Of a DNA stretch of 64,000 nucleotides, positions 54,146 through 64,000 are shown piece after piece. A program made the position numbers and the translations under genes. The notes under the pieces are model-generated. The model worked only from the letters and a program-made list of their open reading frames with translations. It was not told where the DNA came from and ran no database searches. This DNA is from Octopus vulgaris (taxonomy: Eukaryota), in contig OX597819.1 in assembly GCA_951406725.2 (NCBI GenBank), positions 120,156,001 to 120,220,000 of the forward strand, in the 5' to 3' direction. Every line of letters begins with the position of its first letter. Positions within the stretch are counted from its first letter, which is position 1.

Positions 54146-55224
54146 CACAATAGGACTACACAGACGTATGCGTAGAAAGCATATCCGTATAAAAAAGAAA
54201 GCATATCTGTACGAAACGATCGTCGGCATGAATCAAAATATTCTTATGTATTTTAATATCTTCTCTTCCCCATTTTAAACAAAATTGTTGAATTCTATTG
54301 TATTTTTTTCGATAAATTCACAGCACATCATATAAAAGTATTATTTTCATATTCGCAAATTTACGCCTGTAAACCACCAGCAAAATCTGAAGAATCAATA
54401 TTAGAAATCGCTTTTTGGAAACCTCCAAATTAAGTGTGTGTGTGTATGTATATACATGCTTGCATATATGTATGTATGTACGTATATATGTATGTATAAA
54501 GGCAGGTGATCAAACGTATATGTATAGTTACGGAAGCGTGTGTACATATAGAAGAAAAGGAAAAAATAAAACAGTAAAACCACACACCTACACAAATGCG
54601 AGGGTTTAAGGGTCGTTGTACGAACAGAAAGAAGACACATGAAACTATATTGGCAAAAAGATTTAGGAAAAAATGGGAAATGGTAATCTAACGCAGCTGT
54701 ATATCGTGTATGAAAGGATGATCGAGTGGGCTATTATAAGTGGGTGCATAAATAAGTACGAGGATTGCAGAATGGCATAGATTAGCAGGATATAACATGG
54801 TACTCTAGAGAAAGATAAAGTAACCGATGTAAGAATTGAACTGTCGAGAACGAAGCCTATTCGAGGAATATATGCTTAACCTGATCCCCACTTCGCTACA
54901 TAGTTAAGACAACTAGATGAAGTCTTGCCAAGGGAATTTTATTATTATACTAAATAATATGAAATAGATATAATAAGGAACTATATTCAATACATGTAGC
55001 AATTTGTACATAGGCTTATGTGTGTTTATAAATTTCATTCCTATTCACCAAATAAAGACATCGTCAGGATTTTTGTTCTACGATTCTTGCATTTCAAACT
55101 GGCTGAGCTCTTGATAGAGGAATTTCACAATGCTTACAACAGTTCTTCACGTTCTGACATTCTGACTTCATCTCATTTTCGCTTTGCATTTGCCATTGGC
55201 CTCGGAATCGATATAATCGACTAA

Positions 55225-55680
55225 AAAAAAATGCACTTGCTCGTTCCTAAGGTTAACCCTCCAGTTCGTGGCCAAAGCTTGGCCTTGCGCCACCAGTATA
55301 GGGTTCTCTTTCTCTATTTTTTTAGGGTTTCATTCATCAACCAACAACCCCTTTGTGGCTACATCGAATTGTTTGTGTTGTTCCTTCTTGCGTACTTCTT
55401 CTTTATGTCCTTTTTGTACTTCTTCCTTTGTTTTTTCCTTTTCTCATCTGCTCTCAATTACTCCATCGTTCTTTACTGTCTCCAGCATGGTTTCCTTACT
55501 TTGGGTAGGTATCATATTAAGAAATCGAGTTCTAAAGGCATGCAGTCTTTCACACTTATCAGTCTTCTTCCTCCATTTGCTCTCTTTATGTATCAGTGTC
55601 TGCACGTGGATGATGGGAATCATGCATCGTTATGAGCTTTCTTGACTTCCTGTCCATCACCTTTATCTTCTCCTCTGTCC
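55225..55680 (-). mobile_element. R4/Dong-like LINE fragment truncated at the satellite edge
   Basis: WTEEKIKVMDRKSRKLITMHDSHHPRADTD, KRANGGRRLISVKDC and ILVAQGQALATN. Confidence 0.85.
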
Positions 55681-58600
55681 ATAATTTTACCCATAATTTT
55701 ACCCAAAAATTTTTCGATAATCTTCACCCAAATTTATCACCAAAAATTTTTCGAAAATTATCACCGAAAATTTTACCAAAAAACTTTTCGAAAATATTCC
55801 TCAAGAATTTTTAGAAAGTTTTCACAGAAAATTTTCAACAAAAATTTTTCGAAAATTATCACCGAAAATTTTACCCAAAAATTTTCAACAAACCTTTTTC
55901 GAAAATTAGCACCGAAAATTTTACCGAAAAATTTTTCAAAAATTTTCACCGAAAATTATCACCAACAATTTTTCGAAAATTATCTACGAAAATTTCAACA
56001 AAAATTTTTCGAAAATTATCACCGAAAATTTTCCTCAAAATTTTTCAAAATTTTCACCGAAAATTTTCAACAAAATTTTTCGAAATTTTTCACCGAAAAT
56101 TATCACCAAAAATTATTTGAAAATTATCACCGAAACTTTTCCTCAACAATTTTTCGAAAATTTTCCACGAAAATTTTCAAAATAATTTTGCGAAAATTAT
56201 CACCGAAAATTTTCCTCAAACATTTTTCAAAAATTTTCACCGAAAATTTTCAACAAAAATTTTTCGATAATAAACACCAAAAATTTTACGAAAATATTCC
56301 TCAAGAATTTTTCGAAAATTTTCCGAGCTAAAAATAGATTTGTTATGGCTAAAAATCACGAAAATTTTTAGTGGCTGCTTTCGTGTATATAGAGTGAATA
56401 CTGCTTTACTACTACAGTCAAGATGCCTCGCCAGATTCTGCTGTCGACGTTTATAGACTTCAGCATATGGAGCATATTAGTTAATTTTTCGAAAGTTTTC
56501 ACAGAAAAATTATCAACAAAAATTTTTCAAAAATTATCAACGAAAATTTTTCCTGAAGAATTTTTCGAAAATTTTCACTGAAAATTTTACCAAAAAATTT
56601 TTCGAAAATTTTCAACAAAAATTTTTCGAAAATTATCACCGAAAATTAACATCAAAAATTTTTAAAAAATTATCACAGAAAATTTTACCAAAAAGTTTTT
56701 CGAAAATTTTCATCAAGAATTTTTCGAAAATTTTCAACAAAAATTTTTCGAAAATTATAACCGAAAATTTTGCCAAAAAATTTTTGAAAAATTTTCACCA
56801 AAAATTATTACCAAAAATTTTTCGAAAATAATCACCGAAAATTATCACCAAAAATTTTTCGAAAATTATCACCGAAAATTTTCCTCACGAATTTTTCGAA
56901 AATTTTCAACAAAAATTTTTCGAAAATTATCACTAAATATTTTGCCCAAAAATTTTTCGAAAATTATCACCGAAAATTATCACAAAATTTTTTGGAAATT
57001 ATCACCGAAAATTTTGCTCAAGAATTTTTCGAAAATTTTCACGGAAAATTTTCAACAAAAATATTGCGAAAATTATCACCGAAAATTTTCCTCAAACATT
57101 TTTCAAAACTTTTTCGAAATATTCCTCAAGAATTTTTCGAAAATTTTCCCCGAGCTAAAAATAGATTTGTTATTCGAAAAATTTTCAGTGATAATTTTCG
57201 AAAAATTTTTCTTGAAAATTTTCGTTGAAAATTTTCGAAAAATTTTTGGGTAAAATTTTCGGTGATAATTTTCAAAAAATATTTGGTGATAATTTTCGAA
57301 AAATTTTTGTTGAAAATTTTCGGTGAAAATTTTTGAAAAATTCTTGACGAAAATTTTCGGTGATAATTTTCGAAAAATTTTTGTTGAAAATTTTCGGTCA
57401 AAATTTTCGAAAAATTCTTGAGGAAAAATTTTGGGTGATAATTTTTGAACAATTTTTGCTGATAATTTTTGGTGAAAATTTTCGACAAATTAACTAATAT
57501 GCTCCATATGCTGAAGTCTATAAACGTCGACAGCAGAATCTGGTGAGGCATCTTGACTGTAGTAGTAAAGCAGTATTCACTCTATATATACACAGAAAGC
57601 AGCCACCTAAAAATCTATTTTTAGCTATAACAAATCTATTTTTAGCTCCGGGAAAATATTCGAAAAATTCTTGAGGAATATTTTCGAAAAATTTTCGGTG
57701 AAAATTTTCGAAAAATTTTTTGGTAAAACTTTCGGTGATAATTTTTCAAAAATTTTTGGTGATAATTTTCGAAAAATTTTTCGAAAAATTTTTGTTAAAA
57801 ATTTTCGGTGAAAATTTTTGAGGAAAATTTTCGGTGATAATATCCGTAAAATTCTTGAGGAAAATTGTTGAAAAATTTTTGTGTAAAAGTTTCGGTGATA
57901 ATTTTCGAAAAATTTGTTGAAAATTTTCGGTGAAAATTTTCGAAAAATTCTTGTGGAAAAATTTTGGGTGTCGACGTTTATAGACTTCAGCATATGGAGC
58001 ATATTAGTTAACTTTTCGAAAATTTTCACCAAAAATTATCACCAAAACTTTTTCACAAATTATCACCCAAAATTTTTCAGCAAGAATTTTTCGAAAATTT
58101 TCACCGAAAATTTTCAACAAATTTTTCGAAAATTATCACCAAAAATTTTTCGAAAATTATCACCGAAAATTTTTCACAAAAATTTTTCGAAAATTTTCAC
58201 CGAAAATTTTCAACAAAAATTTTTCGAAAATTATCACCAAAACTTTTTGGAAAATTATCACCGAAAATTTTAGCAAAAAATTTTTCGAAAATTTTCAACA
58301 ACAATTTTTCGAAAATTATCATCGAAAATTTTTTAAAAAAATATTTGAAAAATTTTCACCGAAAATTATCACCAAAAATTTTTAAAATTATCACCGAAAA
58401 TTTTACCAAAAAATTTTTCGAAAATTTTCCTCAGGAATTTTTCGAAAATTTTCCCGAAAATTATCACCAAAAATTTTTGGAAAATTATCACCGAAAATTT
58501 TCCTCAAGAATTTTTCGAAAATTTTCCACGAAAATTTTCAACAAAATTTTCCCCGAGCTAAAAATAGATTTGTTATGGCTAAAAATAGATTTTTAGGTGG

Positions 58601-59472
58601 CTGATTTCTGTGTATATATAGAGTGAATACTGCTTTACTACTACAGTCAAGATGCCTCACAGAAAATTTTCACCAAAAATTTTTCGAAAATTATCACCAA
58701 AAATTTTTGGAAAATTATCACCGAAAATTTTGCTTAAAAATTTTTCGAAAATTTTCCTCAAGAATTTTTCGAAAATTTTCACCGAAAATTTTCAAGAAAA
58801 ATTTTTCGAAAATATCACCGAAAATTTTACCCAAAAATTTTTCAAAAATTTTCACCGAAAATTTTTCGAAAATTATCACCGAAAATTTAACCCAAAAATT
58901 TTTCGAAAATTTTCCTTAAGAATTTTTCGAAAATTTTCACCGAAAATTTTCAACAAAAATTTTCGAAAATTATCACCGAAAATTTTACCCAAAAATTTTT
59001 CAAAAATTTTCACCGAAAATTTTCAACAAAAATTTTTCGTAAATTATCACCGAAAATTTTACACAAAAATTTTCACCAAAAATTATCACCAAAAATTTTT
59101 GAAAAATTATCACCGAAAATTTTACCAAAAAATTTTTCGAAAATTTTCAACAAAAATTTTTCGAAAATTATCACCGAAAATTTTACCCAAAAATTTTTCA
59201 AAAATTAGCACCGAAAATTATCACCAAAAATTTTGGAAATTTCTCACCGAAAATTTCTCCAAGAATTTTTCGAAAATTTTGAACAAAAATTTTTCGAAAA
59301 TTATCACCGAAAATTTTACCCAAAAATTTTCAATAAAAATTTTTCGAATATTATCACCGCAAATTTTCAACAAAAATTTTTCTAAAATTATCACCGAAAA
59401 TTTTACAAAAAATTTTTGGAAAATTATCACCGAGAATTTTTGGAAAATTATCACCGAAAATTTTACCAAAAA
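55681..59472. repeat. Complex satellite block 2 (inversion 57174-57968)
   Basis: Direct inspection. Confidence 0.95.
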
Positions 59473-60079
59473 ATATATGCGTGTATGTGTAGGAGTGTTG
59501 AATCTTAAAGGCCAGCTAAGGAGAATCATATGTGTTACCAACCATGAAGAACAAATCAACAATATAAAGAAATAAAATATCAATCTCTTTAAAACGGCAG
59601 CCACTTTAAGGTTACGAGAATCACCATCCCACTACATTTACGTATTCAAAGCACTTTGAATACGTATATAGGCTTTGTGACTACTACTAAATTAAGGTCA
59701 CGACAGAGAAATAGAATGTTCTTGAAGCCGAGGATTTTAAATTTACAGAGACAATATTTACATATCACCTGAGGAAATACAACTAGACCTCGTAATGCAG
59801 GGAAATAGTTTCTTAATCAAGTACCTGCACATCTGGAGAACTACGTTGCGTGCAAACAATTGTAGTGATTAAAAAATAAATGTTCAACCGTACTCTTCTT
59901 GTTGACTCCAATTTTTTCAATTATGTATTCACACATGAGAGATGCCCAAATGCAAACCTGGAAATACATATAATACTACTACTGGAAAGTAAAGTTTAAA
60001 TGTGAAAGTGGACGAGCGAGCTTTATACTGTATTCTACTATGTTCTTAACAGAATATACTATAATTATATATATACATA

Positions 60080-60210
60080 TATAAGACGGGCTTCTTACGG
60101 TTTACGTCAACCAGATATACTCACAAGTCTTTGGTCGGCTCGAGTCTATAGCAGAAGACACATGCCCAAGGTGTCACGCAATAGTACTGAACCCAGAACC
60201 TTGTGGTTGG
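60080..60210 (-). mobile_element. SINE type A head fragment
   Basis: gacgggcttctt..ctcacaag.ctttggtcggc..gaagacac.tgcccaaggtg. Confidence 0.8.
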
Positions 60211-60724
60211 GAATACATATATATTTAAATATATCTGTATATATACACGGCAAGATGTGTGTGTGTGTATACGTGATTGTAGTTCATGCACATCCACAAA
60301 TTATCACGCATGTCGCTCAAATTTTAGGAGGACATTTGCAAACATCCTATCTTGGTTTTGTCAACTTATTTTTTTCCCGAGGCACCCGCGGATAGCGGTA
60401 AAAATCTATTTTCAGCCATATCTTTTTCACGGCGTCTAACAAAAAGAAAAACAAGATAAAGAAAAGTGGAAGAAGAGAGGCAGAGAGTTTCACGGGAAAG
60501 ACAAAGTGAGAGAGGGAGAGAGAGTAAGTGACGATGTTCATAAAATATAAAATGTAAAATGTTTTTGTCTTTTCTTAAACACGAGATATAGTGTTCAAAT
60601 TCAGGATGTTTTTGAAAGACACTATATTTTATACTCATAGTATATATACTTTGTCACACAACAATTACAATATATTTATTTTAAATCATTTATTTATTCG
60701 TTCATCTTTCTCCCCCCCCCCCCC

Positions 60725-61969
60725 TATGAAACCGAACTCGAATTTTCAGTGTCTGGTGAAGGCAAGCAAGCAGAAACTTCGAATTAATCCCTTCGATATG
60801 GTTTGTCTGAATGGTTAGCCTGTTCTTGTTAGTTCTAGATGGTTAGTCTGTAGCATAGACCAGGCTTGTATAGAAAGCGCCGATGAATCGGTAATTTATC
60901 AACAGAGTTTATTAATCAATGCAAGAAATGCACTTCGTTCCTATATCGAAAATAGAAATGTAATTCGGAAAAGCTGGTAAACTATGTATCTTCCGTTCGA
61001 AATCAACAAATTTTGCAATTATGAGATAATTATCTCTGTAAAATAAAAAGAATGGAAGAAATAGTCGAGTACTAGAACTGGTTCAAAAGAAACACGCGTT
61101 ACCTATTACTCTACATACGTCTCCAAAGTCCATCCCCTCCTCACCGTGGGGAGGGGGACGCTGGTAACGGGTAGTGTCAGAGCTATGCCGTCGGGAACTT
61201 CGGTTCCTGGTAGGGCCACCCAAGGCCGATTGGTCTGATACCGAGTGGTATTAGGGCCACAATCCGGCAGACGGGACTCTGGTAAAAATCCTCGGAGTGT
61301 CTTCTTCGGCAACCGGCGGCTCCTCAGTCGTTGTGTCCCTGCGTCTGCGGACAATCTGCGGCAAACAGGATGTCTTCACATGCGGGATTATTGGGGACCG
61401 CTTGTGAAATCCACATAATCCCACGAAACTTCTTCCATGAGTAGAAGAAGCCGACTCAACCCGCCCGAGGTGAATGTCGCCACAAGTACAAGTAAAGTAA
61501 GTCTACATACGAATGCTTCAAGGCTGTCGGGTGTCTTTTTCACCAGATACATTCGATAGTTCAGCTTGAAATTATATGCCGTAGTGAAAAACGCAAAATA
61601 AAGGTGGCCTCGGAATGAGACATACATTTAAGAAACGAAATAAGGGTGAGGAAAATGGAACTGGTAAAGGGCCAGTGGTATTCCCTACTCACAGATTACC
61701 TAAACGAAATAGATAGTGGTGTGGTTTCATTTCGCTAGCAAATTTATGGTGTAGCTACTGCAAACTAAGGTGTGATTAACTTGCATCTGGCTTCAATGAA
61801 GGGAAACCGGCTCACAAAAATGGGATATTAATTAATTAAGAAAGATTATGTGATTAAAAAGAACTCTTAGGGGCGAAAGGCAAAGAAGAGTTAATAAGGG
61901 GTAAGGGGGCAAAATTTGAAGCATGTAAGAACCGTATATATACACACATATGTATATGCTTGTCCACAC
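60725..61969 (+). mobile_element. 1.28-kb dispersed element, copy 2, cut by satellite at 61969
   Basis: Reverse complement of about 41508-42739. Confidence 0.75.
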
Positions 61970-64000
61970 CGAAAATTTTCAACAAAAATTTTTTGAAAAT
62001 TATCACCGAATATTTTCCTCAAAAATTTTTAAATTTTGACGGAAAATTTTCAAGAAAAATTTTTGGAAAATTTTCAACAAAAATAATTCGAAAATTTTCA
62101 ACAAAAATTTTTCGAAAATTATCACCGAAAATTTTCCTCAAAAATTTTTCAAGAATTTTCACCGAAAATTTTAAACAAAAATTTTTCAAAATTTTTCACC
62201 GAAAATTATCACCAAAAATTTTTTGAAAATTATCACCGAAACTTTTCCTCAACAATTTTTCGAAAATTTTCCACGAAAATTTTCAAAAAAATTTTGCGAA
62301 AATTATCACCGAAAATTTTCCTCAAACATTTTTCAAAAATTTTCACCGAAAATTATCAACAAAAATTTTTCGATAATTAACACCAAAAATTTTTCGAAAA
62401 TATTCCTCAAGAATTTTTCGAAAATTTTCCCCGAGCTAAAAATAGATTTGTTATGGCTAAAAATAGATTTTTAGGTGGCTGCTTTCTGTGTATATAGAGT
62501 GAATACTGCTTTACTACTACAGTCAAGATGCCTCGCCAGATTCTGCTGTCGACGTTTATAGACTTCAGCATATGGAGCATATTAGTTAATTTTTCGAAAG
62601 TTTTCACAGAAAAATTATCAACAAAAATTTTTCAAAAATTATCAACGAAAATTTTTCCTGAAGAATTTTTCGAAAATTTTCACTGAAAATTTTACCAAAA
62701 AATTTTTCGAAAATTTTCAACAAAAATTTTTCGAAAATTATCACCGAAAATTAACATCAAAAATTTTTTTAAAAATTATCACAGAAAATTTTACCAAAAA
62801 GTTTTTCGAAAATTTTCATCAAGAATTTTTCGAAAATTTTCAACAAAAATTTTCGAAAATTATAACCGAAAATTTTGCCAAAAAATTTTTGAAAAATTTT
62901 CACCAAAAATTATTACCAAAAATTTTTCGAAAATAATCACCGAAAATTATCACCAAAAATTTTTCGAAAATTATCACCGAAAATTTTCCTCACGAATTTT
63001 TCGAAAATTTTCAACAAAAATTTTTCGAAAATTATCACTAAATATTTTGCCCAAAAATTTTTCGAAAATTATCACCGAAAATTATCACAAAATTTTTTGG
63101 AAATTATCACCGAAAATTTTGCTCAAGAATTTTTCGAAAATTTTCACGGAAAATTTTCAACAAAAATATTGCGAAAATTATCACCGAAAATTTTCCTCAA
63201 ACATTTTTCAAAAGTTTTTCGAAATATTCCTCAAGAATTTTTCGAAAATTTTCCCGAGCTAAAAATAGATTTGTTATTCGAAAAATTTTCAGTGATAATT
63301 TTCGAAAAATTTTTCTTGAAAATTTTCGTTGAAAATTTTCGAAAAATTTTTGGGTAAAATTTTCGGTGATAATTTTCAAAAAATATTTGGTGATAATTTT
63401 CGAAAAATTTTTGTTGAAAATTTTCGGTGAAAATTTTTGAAAAATTCTTGACGAAAATTTTCGGTGATAATTTTCGAAAAATTTTTGTTGAAAATTTTCG
63501 GTCAAAATTTTCGAAAAATTCTTGAGGAAAAATTTTGGGTGATAATTTTTGAACAATTTTTGCTGATAATTTTTGGTGAAAATTTTCGACAAATTAACTA
63601 ATATGCTCCATATGCTGAAGTCTATAAACGTCGACAGCAGAATCTGGTGAGGCATCTTGACTGTAGTAGTAAAGCAGTATTCACTCTATATATACACAGA
63701 AAGCAGCCACCTAAAAATCTATTTTTAGCTATAACAAATCTATTTTTAGCTCCGGGAAAATATTCGAAAAATTCTTGAGGAATATTTTCGAAAAATTTTC
63801 GGTGAAAATTTTCGAAAAATTTTTGGTAAAACTTTCGGTGATAATTTTTCAAAAATTTTTGGTGATAATTTTCGAAAAATTTTTCGAAAAATTTTTGTTA
63901 AAAATTTTCGGTGAAAATTTTGAGGAAAATTTTCGGTGATAATATCCATAAAATTTTGAGGAAAATTGTTGAAAAATTTTTGTGTAAAAGTTTCGGTGAT
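61970..64000. repeat. Complex satellite block 3 (inversion from 63278; runs off the window)
   Basis: 62431-64000 shares rare variants with 56323-57900. Confidence 0.95.

Noticed and set aside
59825-59957. Minus-strand segment with good acceptor and donor (ttccag|..cag|gtactt)
   Set aside because: Stops in all three frames and no recognisable product.
51722-63949. Many ORFs up to 307 aa rich in KIFRKLSPK / ENFSKIIT / KFFENYH
   Set aside because: Translations of a stop-poor satellite, open in several frames and on both strands; no evidence of coding.
51696-64000. CRISPR-like look of a constant block alternating with variable sequence
   Set aside because: The constant block is ~160 bp, the intervening DNA is itself repetitive and hundreds of bp long, there are no cas genes, and the context is eukaryotic.

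Overview
AT-rich, repeat-dense eukaryotic DNA with no intact protein-coding gene that I can support. The SINE repertoire and very dense (TA)n/(CA)n/(GA)n microsatellites point to an octopus (cephalopod) genome; this is an inference. The window holds four tRNA-derived SINE types, some as multimers, and decayed LINEs (R4/Dong-like, RTE, CR1-group). It also holds Penelope-like element (PLE) remnants, Tc1/mariner relics, three copies of an 8-bp-TSD MITE carrying TTAGGG repeats, and Helitrons. From about 51.7 kb there is a complex AAAATTTT-based satellite with a conserved ~160-bp spacer and recurrent strand inversions. The most notable signals are non-coding RNA structures. (1) About ten type I hammerhead-ribozyme-like motifs lie mostly in short inserts next to (TA)n tracts; they include two U3-A8 compensatory variants and one 132-bp perfect palindrome encoding a hammerhead on both strands. 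(2) A multi-stem cUUCGg-containing RNA motif resembling RTE/BovB 5' ends sits in a duplicated 1.28-kb element. Nearly all ORFs in the supplied track are translations of repeats. Coordinates of decayed elements are approximate, and all family assignments rest on motif recognition, not database searches.
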